A stretch of DNA of 63,889 nt, filler included, from Octopus bimaculoides (lineage: Eukaryota): NCBI RefSeq assembly GCF_001194135.2. It is 7 parts of 6 records of this genome, joined end to end, with 100 filler letters (N's around TTAATTAATTAA, not from the genome) between each part and the next. Parts side by side here need not be neighbours in the genome. Positions count along the whole stretch, not along the records: positions 1 to 28,049 come from NC_068983.1; 6 more parts are not named here. The stretch is one strand, 5' to 3'. The notes below the pieces were generated by a model. The model did no database searches. It saw only the letters and a list, made by a program, of their open reading frames with translations, and had not been told where the DNA came from. Of this stretch, positions 12,260-25,821 are shown in pieces. Position 1 is the stretch's first letter; each line of letters opens with the position of its first letter. The position numbers were made by a program, and so were the translations under genes.

Positions 12260-12760
12260 CAAAGCGATGACGTACAGGTTCAGTCTTAATACGTTCCGGC
12301 AAATTTGAGCGTGAATATGTTAATCGTTGTTGTCTTCCATCTCCGGAGAACAACTTCTTTCAGAAAATCGATTTATTGAGCTAAGGGAAATTTGCGACAT
12401 CGCAACGTTTCGACCTGGTTATATCTCTTTAGTCTAAGCTACGTCCATGAGTATGATACATTATCATTGGATTAGCAGACATGAGCATGCATCAGCGAAT
12501 AATTTGTTTGATGAATTCTATAAAGAAGAGCCACAATCCTTGTTTAGGTTTATTGGTCACAGAGTAGCTTCAGCTGACAAGAATTAATCAGGTCGAAACG
12601 CTAATGTCTCAGAGTCTCTCTACGCCAATGAATAGCGTGTATAGTGAACATAAATTGTCTGAAAGGGGACGTTGTTCTTCAATGATAAGATACAACAGCG
12701 ATTAGCGTATTCACATTCAAATCTACCGGAATGGATTAAGAAGGAATATCTACGTCACTG
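12260..12760. repeat. Degenerate ~500-bp fold-back (nested inverted repeat)
   Basis: 12262-12350 is the reverse complement of 12670-12758 at roughly 70% identity by eye; the ORF track shows QQRLTYSRSNLPERIK versus QQRLAYSHSNLPEWIK. An inner pair AACGTTTCGACCTGG / TCAGGTCGAAACG shares the same centre at about 12505. Confidence 0.7.
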
Positions 12761-13339
12761 TTATTTAATTTATTTTATTACTTATACCGTGCATAATGAA
12801 ATAATAAACTATTACTATTTTTTCAAGGCTCTCAAGCATTTGCACAAATTATCTAAAATCTTCAACTGTATTTTTAAAACTCAGCAGTGTACTTAGATAC
12901 CCTTTGTGGGGCCCCGGTGTGTTACGGGACGCCATTTAGAGCCACTACTTTATTATTACGGTAATACTGACAGGAATCACGAGGTACCATTATATCATTA
13001 TCCCGTTATGGCATTATCCATCTCTTCTACAAGAATATATAGAAGCATTTGACTTTAGAAATGTTACATTAAAGTTGGCAACAAAACATTCGCCAGTGAC
13101 ACAGTTCTCCATGTCGCTTACGGTAATGAACCGTACCTCAATATGGTACCATGGCGAAGTAATTAAAGAGCAAAATATCATTAGCTAAATCACATTGCAG
13201 TGACAGAGGTCAGTAGAATGTCGTTTCAATGGTGCGACCAGCTGCAGATTCTGTAAATAATACAGAGTTACCTTATTAGCAAGCCATTATTTTAGAAAAC
13301 TCAACATATCCCTTTTAACACTTTTGTTTTCGTTTTCAG

Positions 13340-13387
13340 ATAAACATAAAGGGTCTCCAATTACACAAACGTTGATTTGGCTCGCAG
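13340..13387 (+). other. Candidate 48-nt internal exon
   Basis: Acceptor CTTTTGTTTTCGTTTTCAG and donor CAG|GTGCGT. Length is divisible by 3 and one frame is open (xKHKGSPITQTLIWLAx). No homology recognised. Confidence 0.25.
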
Positions 13388-14924
13388 GTGCGTATATTCC
13401 CTAACATAGTTATCAGTAAAATTGATATCGTTGGTCAAATATACAGATTCAATTATTTATATCCGTGGCTTTCAATTACATTTTAGAAAAATAAACAGCA
13501 CAGAATTACAACGTGTTGATGTCTCTGTTGTAGTATGATTAGTAACACCAACAGACAAAATTTAAACCTCACCAATTTTTATAATCTACGAAAGAGATTA
13601 ATTGGGACGATCACCGTGGAATAAAGGTGCCCCCCCCCCCACTGCAAATGTGAGCAAGTTCTGGTTTCGTTTTAATTTTGTCGTTAAAGATAAAGTAATA
13701 AACACTGCAAATTATCATTTCCCGCCTCTCTCAACAACAGTTCTTTATGTGGTTACTTGATTTGCTAGAAATAGCAATCAAGTCTCACACAAGTCTTACC
13801 CTGGTATCTTTATAAATGGACACATTGAGTATTACAGTTCACGATACACTGTGCCAGAAAAATGTCGGTATGGCTATGGTTGGAATGCCTTTCATCCTAA
13901 GTTTGTTCAGTCAGATTTACCTGGAGCTAAACAACAACAACGACAATAACAAACAGGACGAGAAATAGCAGTCACATCTCCCTCAAATCACACCTTAAAT
14001 AATGTGAAGACGAATTGGCTGACGCAGATCTATATACTTGCTGAAAAGATGGGACGGTCACAGGTGGAACGCCTTTGATGACAAGTCTGCTCGATCAAGA
14101 GAAGCTGGGTCTAAACAACAACAACAGGCTTCAATACCTGTATGAAGCCTGTATGAAACAAATTTAGAATGGAAACATTGATCCTGGCAGTTGAGAACCA
14201 AATAAAAGATTTGCTTTATCCAGTTCGGTGCTTTACACGCCTAAGTGAAAATAATAATGCTTTCCGTCCTCATCAATAGCCACAGTAATTGGCATTAAGC
14301 TGATGAACGGTCAGTCAAATGACTGTTATTGCTCGCTTAGGAAAAATAAAAACAGGAAACTGAGCTGAAGCTCAAAACAAAAGCAAAAAACGAAATCAAT
14401 AAAATTATCAATAAATTTATTATTTCGATTTTTGTGTATTTCCCATATTATGTCAGTAAGTCATCATCGTTTTAAAATTTTCTGCTTTCCTTTCTCGGAT
14501 ATGATTTGAGAATAGTTCAATGATAGCGTTTGAGCTGTGAGTCACTGATTCATTGTCATACAACGAGGACAGAGCCTGTTTATTGTTAGTTTCTAAAGAC
14601 ACATGTAATAGCAATTAACGAAATAGAAAATTGAAAACAAGACAGGAAATATATTGATTTCTAACATTAACACAAGACCACACAGTGTGTGGGGAGGTTG
14701 CAGTCGATTAAATAGACACCAGATTGATACTTGATTGAAAGGACTAAAAAAAAAAAGAAAATCAATCCCATCTGGGTTTGAACTCAAAACAAAAACAAAC
14801 TTTGGAGACATTTATTGTAGAGACTCTGCCATCATCTAGCTTCGGATGGTACTGGCAGAGAATATTCACCCTTTAAGCTTTAGTTTGCTACATTCTTTTT
14901 GATATGTTTACATACGTGTCGGCG

Positions 14925-15240
14925 ATGTGCTGGTTCTCTGTCAGATGCGACGACGAGCGTTCCAGTTGATCCGATCAACTGGAGCAGCCTCCTGATGAAA
15001 TTAACGTGTAAACAGCTGAGCACCCCACAGACACGTGTACCCTTAATGTAGTTCTCTGGGAGATTAAGGGAGGCACAAAATGGGACAAGGCTGATCCTTT
15101 AAATTACAGGTATAATTCATTTTTGCCTGCTGAGTTAACTGAAGTAATGTGAAATAAAGTGTCTTGCTCAAGAACACCACTGTGAATCGAACTCACCACC
15201 TTACGATAGGAGCCGAATATTCTAACCACGAGGCCACCCG
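14925..15240 (-). mobile_element. SINE family B, near full length
   Basis: Reverse copy extending the 2691 element through ...GGATCAACTGGAACGCTCGTCGTCG. Confidence 0.75.
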
Positions 15241-18217
15241 CTTTCGCGTTGGCGATGTATAAGCTGTATCGTAAGAACTGTCTCGAGTCCTTGAACTGAT
15301 AGGGGTCAGCAGCCCCTTCTTCGTGGTGTGTTAGTGACGGAGATTAAAACATTTCCCCCGAAGTACAACCAACATTGGAGCATGCTGCCGCCGCCACCGC
15401 TCTCATATGTGAGATGTTACTACTTTTTTGAAGCGAGGTGGAGGGTTCGAATCTAGTGTTTGATTTCCTTTCACATCAGGTCCCAATAAATCTCAATTGC
15501 CTTCTAAATCAAACTACAATTCCCTTTAATCAAAGCCTTAGCGCTCGCCTCTCAGCTGTTTTAATATCTACGTTTCAAACTTATTTGAATAGATTTTATA
15601 AGAAAATAAATCCCAAAAAAATGCAAAGATCTTTCATCATTCCTATCTTTCAATAAACTTTTCAATAATTTATCTCTCCACCAAAATCTCAATATAAATT
15701 TCTCCTTTATTCATGAACTCCCTACCCTCTTCCTCCCCCACTTTTACTTATTGGCTCTTTATCAAGTTACACTTTAATTAGCGCACGATCTCACTTCTAA
15801 CCTTTACCTTTTCCTACAATCTCATTCTCAACTGACGTCTTCATTCTTTCTTGGTTGATTTGAAATTAAAAACAAATTTTATTCGTTTAAAAGCGGAGGA
15901 CTTTCTTTCTCGAAATCCATTCCCAGTTCAACTAAAATTTCAGTTTTTAAGCCTATCCTTTTCTTCTTTGATTTTAGTTATTCTTCTTTTTTATTATTAC
16001 ATAATATTGTGATCTTTTTGACAACTATTTTACTCATTGTCTCTACCTAACTCTCACAAAGCAACACTGTTTCTACCACCCAAATCTTGTTTCTCTCATA
16101 CTTAAACTTAATATTCAAAAATATAAATATAAAAGACTTTACTTTTTTACGGAGATGTATTTGCATAGCAAGTGACCTGATCTGAGATCGTGTGCTGGAA
16201 CGAAAACAATTGCAGCGTGGAAGGTGTTTATAAGCCATAGTACGGAATTTTGTCGGTGAACAGGTCTCGGTCTCAAAGCGACGAAAATATTTTGGCAAAT
16301 TAAATTTAAATGTTGAAGTGAATCTAACGTTTTTTTTTGTGTTTCTTAAATAGCTTCTAAACGCCTTCGACTTTACTTTTTCTTTCTTCCCAATTCCAAA
16401 TTTGTGAAACTGAAAAATATTAGCACCTCACCCATTTTATTTTTCTAGCAGTCTGTTGTTTCATTGGTTGTTCCATTACAAAGGAGAACATCGTCTTGCC
16501 AGAAATCCTTGTTTTTCCGACAATGAAACAATTTCAGTTTGATAGGATAGAATATACCATATAATCTGAATTGTTTTCTCGTTTTAAATATGGAGTCCTT
16601 AATATTCCTATTCAACTCTAAAGTCTTCAGTAGTCGTATACATAATCATTTCAATCTATTTGGATCTCATCAGTGCGAGGAAATTGAGAACTTCTTAATT
16701 GTTATAAATTATTATTTAATAATTATATCATATCATTTCATTATGAATCGAGAGAGACAGAGAGATGGGGGGGGGTGAAGGAATAATCTAGCAGAAAGTA
16801 AGGTAGGGAAAATATACAAACTAATTCACGAAGTTTAAAATTATGCGAGTTCGGGAGCCTACTAAGAAGAAAATTTTTTCTGCTGAGAAAGAATCCATAT
16901 TTTACGAAGAAGGAACAATGATATGCAAAGTGGAGCTAAGCTCCGACGTGAATAAAATGAAATTCACAACCATTTGCAAGAAAAACAAAATGTTCCATTA
17001 AAACATTTCTACAATCTACACAAAGAATATCCTGGCGAAATAGGGATCGAAAAGGAAAAGGGATCCATTTTAAACAGAAGGAAAATGAAGAATTGTATAT
17101 TTTAATGATCCAGATGCTGTGAACCCAGAACATCAAAAGAATTCCTCATGAAAGATTTTGGAATTTCCAAGCCATTGGAATCTTCATGTATTAAGGGAGC
17201 AAAACGTGGGAGTTATTGGGAAAAGGGAGTTTCGCGATTATATGTCTCAGTATTTTCTTATTCTGAAATTAAATGAGATTCTTTTGTCAGACAGATATAA
17301 AAATCTGCATTTTCAGCATAATGGTGCTGAAACCACACATTATGGTATCGGTCTGAGGAATCATTTACATGAAAACTTTGCACAGAAGACGATGTCTCCG
17401 AATTTGACGCATGCGTACGAGTGCGTATGTGTGTGTATAATAAGATAGAAAGGAGTGTATGACAGTGAGAGAGAGAGAGAGAGAAATTGAAATTCATGAT
17501 TTTATAAACATAAAAGCAACAAGAAAGGACTCAATAAAAGACTTCGTGTTGATGAGGAGTTTAACATTTGGGATGAAACCGACAGTAACTTCTAAGTTTT
17601 GGTTTATTCAAAGCGTTCAGTAAGACATGATCTGCGAAACAAGTTACTGACGATCACACACACACACACACACTCATACATTAAATATCATGTATCATAC
17701 ATCATATAGATATATCATCGTATGCATCATATATATATATATATAAAGAAAATGGAGGGGATACAAAAACGACATACACCAACCGGTAGACATTTATGTC
17801 TGTTTATTCTAAAACAGAAGGAAATATTATAAGAATACATACGCATGCAAAGACAGTGTGTTACACACATATATACTAGTAATACATAAAAGAGTAAAAG
17901 ATCAGTTCCTTGCGGCCTTTTCTACCAAGAAGCCACGATCTTCTCTAGTTTTCCCGTATAAATTAAGGGTGAACTATTATTTATTCCCCGCCCATATATG
18001 ACACTCGATTGCGAAATTGCTATGCAATAAACAGCACTTAGGTATGAATAATTGGGTTCACTACCAGCAGTACATTGGATAGGTACTATCCTTTAGTTGG
18101 TTGGCTTCCCAACTTCTATATATAGGTATCCTTCGTATATAAGCGTGAATCATCGTATAAGTGATTAGTAACTAATGGAGTAACCGAAGACTAACGTAAT
18201 GTAACCAAAACTTAAGA

Positions 18218-18255
18218 AGATCTGAAGAAGGAATTGTAATTCTGAAATATCCTCG
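18218..18255 (+). ncRNA. Degenerate hammerhead motif
   Basis: CTGAAGA-A-GGAAT[TGTA]ATTCT-GAAA-TATC. Stem II is intact. GAAATATC is explicable as decay of GAAACGTC. Stem I is weak. Confidence 0.45.
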
Positions 18256-20044
18256 GACTATAGATAACCAAATTACAACAGGTATATAGTCCAGTTTTTT
18301 TGTTTTATAGTGCATTATTGTACCATTCTAAACTTTTTATTCTTTACAAACAATACACAATGCTTAAAGCGAACTACAATACTCTCATATATATATATAT
18401 ANNNNNNNNNNNNNNNNNNNNNNNNNNNNNNNNNNNNNNNNNNNNNNNNNNNNNNNNNNNNNNNNNNNNNNNNNNNNNNNNNNNNNNNNNNNNNNNNNNN
18501 NNNNNNNNNNNNNNNNNNNNNNNNNNNNNNNNNNNNNNNNNNNNNNNNNNNTATTATATAAAATATATATATATATTATATAATATATATATATATATTA
18601 TATAAAATATATATATATATTATATAAAATATATATATATTATATATATATATATATAAAATATACATATATATGTATAATATATATATATATATACATA
18701 TAATATATTATATATGTAATATATATATATATATATACACACACATACAGATATATATATACATACATGTATACATACATCATATGCGTCATGCTCCATT
18801 CACTTGGTCCAAGATACTTTCTAGGCACACTTCAATATCGAACATTTGCCATCTATGTTCCAATAATAACCTGATTTTTTCCCCCTTCATATCTCGGTTC
18901 GATTGGGCCAGTGATGGTGGGGGAGGAGAAGAAAAAAGGACAACATACAGACATGTGTACTGAGAAGCTGAAGGTATTTGTGACCTTTACACACACAAAC
19001 ACAAGCATATATAAATATGCACATGAATATATATACGTGTGTGTGTGTGTATTCGTGTATGTATATATGTGTGAGAGACTGTGTGTTAGTGTACGTGTGT
19101 GTTTGTATGTGCGTTTGTGCATGTATGGCTTTATATGTACGCATATATGTATATGGCGCATGAAAATGTCAACGCATTTTTATGCATGTATTGTATGTAT
19201 ATTTTTGTGGGTTAAAACATATATGTACATACATACATATATATATANNNNNNNNNNNNNNNNNNNNNNNNNNNNNNNNNNNNNNNNNNNNNNNNNNNNN
19301 NNNNNNNNNNNNNNNNNNNNNNNNNNNNNNNNNNNNNNNNNNNNNNNNNNNNNNNNNNNNNNNNNNNNNNNNNNNNNNNNNNNNNNNNNNNNNNNNNNNN
19401 NNNNNNNNNNNNNNNNNNNNNNNNNNNNNNNNNNNNNNNNNNNNNNNNNNNNNNNNNNNNNNNNNNNNNNNNNNNNNNNNNNNNNNNNNNNNNNNNNNNN
19501 NNNNNNNNNNNNNNNNNNNNNNNNNNNNNNNNNNNNNNNNNNNNNNNNNNNNNNNNNNNNNNNNNNNNNNNNNNNNNNNNNNNNNNNNNNNNNNNNNNNN
19601 NNNNNNNNNNNNNNNNNNNNNNNNNNNNNNNNNNNNNNNNNNNNNNNNNNNNNNNNNNNNNNNNNNNNNNNNNNNNNNNNNNNNNNNNNNNNNNNNNNNN
19701 NNNNNNNNNNNNNNNNNNNNNNNNNNNNNNNNNNNNNNNNNNNNNNNNNNNNNNNNNNNNNNNNNNNNNNNNNNNNNNNNNNNNNNNNNNNNNNNNNNNN
19801 NNNNNNNNNNNNNNNNNNNNNNNNNNNNNNNNNNNNNNNNNNNNNNNNNNNNNNNNNNNNNNNNNNNNNNNNNNNNNNNNNNNNNNNNNNNNNNNNNNNN
19901 NNNNNNNNNNNNNNNNNNNNNNNNNNNNNNNNNNNNNNNNNNNNNNNNNNNNNNNNNNNNNNNNNNNNNNNNNNNNNNNNNNNNNNNNNNNNNNNNNNNN
20001 NNNNNNNNNNNNNNNNNNNNNNNNNNNNNNNNNNNNNNNNNNNN

Positions 20045-20099
<55 letters not shown>

Positions 20100-20102
20100 G
20101 TT

Positions 20103-20133
<31 letters not shown>

Positions 20134-20208
20134 GTGTGTATGTATATATGTGTATATGTATGTATATATATATATGTATATACGTGTATATATATATATA
20201 TACGTATG

Positions 20209-20240
<32 letters not shown>

Positions 20241-22885
20241 CGTATGTGTTTATATATGTGTGTGTATGTATATATGTATATATATGTGTGTGTGTATATA
20301 TGTATACATATATCATTAATAATAATTTATGTATACAGATAGGCAGACAGACAAACAGACGGCCGGACAGACGGACGGACAGACAGACGGATGTACGGAC
20401 AGACGGACGGACAGACAGACGGATGTACGGACAGACAGACGGATGTACGGACAGACAGACAAATAGATAGAGAGATATGGATACATATATCAAATCTTTC
20501 GTCACGTAACCAATGATTGAAGTGCGCGCGCGCGTGTTGAAACTTTCAAAGAATACAAAGCATATAAACTGATCTGATGTAATTAGTAAAATCCCGAATA
20601 TGATGCAAACTCATGTCTCTGCATTGACCTCTTCCACCTTGCAATAAATACTACAATGTAAGGCTACAAATATCGTTAAGTGCACTGAAGATCGGAGATA
20701 TTCAAGAAGTGCAGGCACTACAAAAACGCCTCTCTCAAGGAACTGGGTTGCCTCATCACAACCACTCTATTTTAATATGCTCCATGCCTCATCCTGCAAC
20801 TGAAATCAAAATGCCCAACTTTTATTACTTTTAAACTAATCGAAATGTATTCTTTAAATATCATAATTACTTAATTTTATATCTTTATATATTGTTATTG
20901 AAATTTTTATTTAATTTCTTTGATCTTCCCTCATTATGAATGCATATACGTATTTGTACAGTTATATCTCTATGCAAATGTATCTGCATATGTATGTATC
21001 TGTATATGTATGTATGTGTGTGTGTGTGTGTAGATGTAACAACGGAGCAGTATGTCTGCGTATACATGTGTATGTGTTTCTAGGCTTTTTTTAATGTGTG
21101 CAAATATTTGCGTCGTTGTGAAAGGAATTTAACTATATGTGTGTGTGCGCGCGTTTGTATGTTTGTGCGTGTGTGCACGTTGTATGTGTGCGCGTATGTG
21201 TGTGTGTGAACATGAATATGCATCTGGGCGCAAAGTGTGTGAGTGTAAAATATAACTACATGAAAGTATGTATATGTATGTATATATATATCCGTGTTCG
21301 TGTGTCTACGTAGGTTCTCCAACTAAGGGGCTATAATCAGCGATTGAGCCCCCCCCCCATTATTCACGATTTGTGTCACTTATCAGACATTCATGAAAAG
21401 TAAAACTCTAATATCTATTTTGCCCCACGGTCTATAAACGACTGGTCATGTCTGAGGTCGAACATGTCGTCAGTATTCGAAATTTTAAATATTAATTAAT
21501 TGCACGGCTGTAATATAAAAGCTTAGGCACCAGAATTAAGTATGGTATTATCCATACAGTTTCAAAATAAGGTGATTAAAGTCAAAATAAGCAACAAGGA
21601 TATCCCAAGTTAATGCAGTACGATCGTTTCATGCGACTCCATTTAATTAAGCAATGTGAACATTACATCAAATATAAAATGTAGAGCAATTTTCAGCTGC
21701 ACAAAGATATAGAAATTTAATGAAATTACATTTAAACAGGACATATTTTTATAATCAAATCTAAACTCAGCAAGTAGAAAGGAAGAATACAAAAAACCAT
21801 TTTGACGTAGCCAGACCATACAGGCTGTATGGTTCCGGGTTCAGTCCTACTGTGTAGAACCTTGGGCAAGTGTCTTCTACTATACCCGACCAAAGTCTTG
21901 TGAGNNNNNNNNNNNNNNNNNNNNNNNNNNNNNNNNNNNNNNNNNNNNNNNNNNNNNNNNNNNNNNNNNNNNNNNNNNNNNNNNNNNNNNNNNNNNNNNN
22001 NNNNNNNNNNNNNNNNNNNNNNNNNNNNNNNNNNNNNNNNNNNNNNNNNNNNNNNNNNNNNNNNNNNNNNNNNNNNNNNNNNNNNNNNNNNNNNNNNNNN
22101 NNNNNNNNNNNNNNNNNNNNNNNNNNNNNNNNNNNNNNNNNNNNNNNNNNNNNNNNNNNNNNNNNNNNNNNNNNNNNNNNNNNNNNNNNNNNNNNNNNNN
22201 NNNNNNNNNNNNNNNNNNNNNNNNNNNNNNNNNNNNNNNNNNNNNNNNNNNNNNNNNNNNNNNNNNNNNNNNNNNNNNNNNNNNNNNNNNNNNNNNNNNN
22301 NNNNNNNNNNNNNNNNNNNNNNNNNNNNNNNNNNNNNNNNNNNNNNNNNNNNNNNNNNNNNNNNNNNNNNNNNNNNNNNNNNNNNNNNNNNNNNNNNNNN
22401 NNNNNNNNNNNNNNNNNNNNNNNNNNNNNNNNNNNNNNNNNNNNNNNNNNNNNNNNNNNNNNNNNNNNNNNNNNNNNNNNNNNNNNNNNNNNNNNNNNNN
22501 NNNNNNNNNNNNNNNNNNNNNNNNNNNNNNNNNNNNNNNNNNNNNNNNNNNNNNNNNNNNNNNNNNNNNNNNNNNNNNNNNNNNNNNNNNNNNNNNNNNN
22601 NNNNNNNNNNNNNNNNNNNNNNNNNNNNNNNNNNNNNNNNNNNNNNNNNNNNNNNNNNNNNNNNNNNNNNNNNNNNNNNNNNNNNNNNNNNNNNNNNNNN
22701 NNNNNNNNNNNNNNNNNNNNNNNNNNNNNNNNNNNNNNNNNNNNNNNNNNNNNNNNNNNNNNNNNNNNNNNNNNNNNNNNNNNNNNNNNNNNNNNNNNNN
22801 NNNNNNNNNNNNNNNNNNNNNNNNNNNNNNNNNNNNNNNNNNNNNNNNNNNNNNNNNNNNNNNNNNNNNNNNNNNNNNNNNNNNN

Positions 22886-22919
<34 letters not shown>

Positions 22920-23606
22920 CACATATATATTGCATAAATATATAAATACCTATGCCTATACAATGACGCCTAGGTACGCACTCAGGCAAACAAACATAAC
23001 TACAACATCCCAAGCAACGTTGCAGACAGACGCACGCATATTTTCGATGGAATTTCATTTATATACACCCAGATGCACACGCATACTCATTTACATGTTT
23101 AGCTATTGCAATCTTGGATACTTTCATGGTATTTATTAATTCAATCATTAGAGACAAACACATAGGCATTGTAATGTATATACACCCCGTCCCTATTCTA
23201 TAATGTAAGCACGTTTTTTTTATTTTCTTTCTATCAGAGACTCCTGTCGCGTGCGATTAAAAGCCTTACGCGTTAGTTTACACATTGAAGCTCCAAAGAC
23301 AGCAAGAATTATGCCTAATATCATGAATATTATCTGTTTATTTAATTATACATGGAATTCCACGCATTAGTTTAGCAGTTTTATAATGGATTGGAAATCA
23401 TTTACAATTTTATAATTAATATTTAATATTTATGCTTTTCATTTTTGAGTGGGCACCACCTGGATTGTCTACACCGACAGCAGACTTCGATATGTATATA
23501 TACATATATATATAATCCCCGCCCCACCAAAAACGAAGAAAAACAACAACGCAAGGACGTGGTACATGCAAAGTATTAAAGGACGCTCAGGGAAAGAAAG
23601 AAAGTT

Positions 23607-23643
23607 TGTTTTACATTTCGAGCAAAGCTCTTCTTCAGAAACA
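23607..23643 (-). ncRNA. Minimal type I hammerhead ribozyme motif
   Basis: Minus strand TGTTT-CTGAAGA-A-GAGC[TTT]GCTC-GAAA-TGT-A-AAACA, with 5-bp stem I and GUA cleavage triplet. Lies inside a ~170-bp pyrimidine-rich repeat (23560-23720). Confidence 0.7.
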
Positions 23644-23703
23644 GGAGACAGAGGAAAATCCAAGAGAAAAGGAAGACGGAGGGAAAAGATTGACAACAAT
23701 CCA

Positions 23704-23747
<44 letters not shown>

Positions 23748-25139
23748 CAAATACATGTATTTATATATACATATATGTATATACTTACATATATATGTAT
23801 ATATATATGTATGCATCGAAATGTAGAGTAGATAAACAGCCGACAACTGNNNNNNNNNNNNNNNNNNNNNNNNNNNNNNNNNNNNNNNNNNNNNNNNNNN
23901 NNNNNNNNNNNNNNNNNNNNNNNNNNNNNNNNNNNNNNNNNNNNNNNNNNNNNNNNNNNNNNNNNNNNNNNNNNNNNNNNNNNNNNNNNNNNNNNNNNNN
24001 NNNNNNNNNNNNNNNNNNNNNNNNNNNNNNNNNNNNNNNNNNNNNNNNNNNNNNNNNNNNNNNNNNNNNNNNNNNNNNNNNNNNNNNNNNNNNNNNNNNN
24101 NNNNNNNNNNNNNNNNNNNNNNNNNNNNNNNNNNNNNNNNNNNNNNNNNNNNNNNNNNNNNNNNNNNNNNNNNNNNNNNNNNNNNNNNNNNNNNNNNNNN
24201 NNNNNNNNNNNNNNNNNNNNNNNNNNNNNNNNNNNNNNATATATATATATATATATATATAAACTTACTTGGAAATGGATGTATAAACTTACTTGAAAAT
24301 ACATATATATAAATAGTTCTCAGTGTTAGGAAAAATGTTTCTAAACTAGAGAAATTCGAAAGATTGCTTTGTTCTAATGCTAGAATATCTTAAATGTTTG
24401 CTGAAGATGCGGGTTCGATTTCCATGGGCAGCCTTCGACTTTATTTACATGAAACTATTTGTAGATTTATTTGCTTCAACCGTTAAGAGTTCAACCATTA
24501 AGAACGAATAACAAACACACAAGCACACACATAGAGTTATTATTTATGACGTCCTTTAAAGGCATGACATATTCTCAGCTCTACAAGGGCTGTATATCAG
24601 TGCCACGGCAAACTTCTCTACTCCGACATTGCAAAGTGAAACCAAGAATAATGTTGCATATATTCGGTGCGAGTCAATAATGTAAGAATAAAGGCAAACA
24701 CGATTGCAGTGATACAGGAAAACAAATGTTGCATTATATTCATAAAGCCATCTCGTCAGCTGATGTCATCGAAGTATTTCAATAACTTTACCTGAGGAGA
24801 TTTTTTTTTTCTTGTATGAATAAAAAATCATTGAAACGTGTGAAGGATTCGAAATCTCAATAATTTGTTTTCTGCAATTATTTCAATTTTTTNNNNNNNN
24901 NNNNNNNNNNNNNNNNNNNNNNNNNNNNNNNNNNNNNNNNNNNNNNNNNNNNNNNNNNNNNNNNNNNNNNNNNNNNNNNNNNNNNNNNNNNNNNNNNNNN
25001 NNNNNNNNNNNNNNNNNNNNNNNNNNNNNNNNNNNNNNNNNNNNNNNNNNNNNNNNNNNNNNNNNNNNNNNNNNNNNNNNNNNNNNNNNNNNATATATAT
25101 ACATTTATATTTTTTCTCTCCTTGTTTCTTTCTGTGTTC

Positions 25140-25175
25140 CTTTCTGTTGAAGAGCGTAGGCTCGAAACGTTAAAG
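25140..25175 (+). ncRNA. Minimal hammerhead motif (CUGUUGA variant)
   Basis: CTTT-CTGTTGA-A-GAGC[GTAG]GCTC-GAAA-CGT-T-AAAG within a (TA)n-flanked repeat at 25095-25280; sister copy at 55277-55442. Confidence 0.6.
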
Positions 25176-25308
25176 ACTTTCTCTATTCCTGAGCGTTATA
25201 CTAATACATCCATTTGTTGTTTACACCACTTGTCTTCGTCTGTTGTTTTTTCGTGAATTCTCCCATATATATATATATAGGTAAGATCCGGGCTACATAT
25301 ATTTCTTA

Positions 25309-25463
25309 GCGGAATCTCAAACGTGGTAAAACTCAGGCTAGGTTGTATACCACCGGCTACTGTTCAGGCTAAGGACATCGTACAACAATTTAATTTTTCA
25401 TTTAATCAAGATGTCCTTGGCCTGAAGAGTAGCTAGTGGTATACACCACTTTTGAGGTTCCGC
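25309..25463. repeat. Long imperfect hairpin / MITE-like fold-back
   Basis: 25345-25379 pairs with 25410-25444 at 33 of 35 positions, including 2 G-U pairs on the plus strand. Outer arms GCGGAATCTCAAACGTGGT / ACCACTTTTGAGGTTCCGC extend the stem. Confidence 0.8.
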
Positions 25464-25464
25464 C

Positions 25465-25815
25465 TGCTCAACCACATGGTTCCGGGTTCAGTCCCACTGC
25501 GTGGCACCTTGGGTGAGTGTCTTCAGCTCAAAGACTTGTGAGTGGATTTGGTAGACGGAAACTGAAAGAAGCCGGTTGCGTATATATATATTTATGTATG
25601 TATATGTTTGTGTGTCTGTGTTTGTCCCCCCAACATTGCTTGATAACTGATGCTGGTGTGTTTGCGTCCCAGTTACTTATCGGTTCGGCAAGAGAGACCG
25701 ATGGACTAAGTACTAGGCTTACAAAGCATAAGTGTTGGGGTCGATTTACTCGACTAAACGCGGTGCTCCAGCATGGCCACAGTCAATTGACTGAAACAAG
25801 TAAAAGAGAGTAAAA
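25465..25815 (+). mobile_element. SINE family A
   Basis: Colinear with 61071-61516 from CAACCACATGGTTCCGGGTTC to GACTGAAACAAGTAAAAGAG. Confidence 0.85.
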
Positions 25816-25821
25816 AAGAAT

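Noticed and set aside
14285-14320. CTGATGA followed by CAGTC-AAAT-GACTG hairpin
   Set aside because: No GAAA or stem III after the hairpin; the hairpin matches the SINE A tail motif.
15440-15460. GGGTTCGAATC B-box (similar at about 24410) as a tRNA gene
   Set aside because: No cloverleaf or acceptor stem can be built; SINE heads and chance matches explain such boxes.
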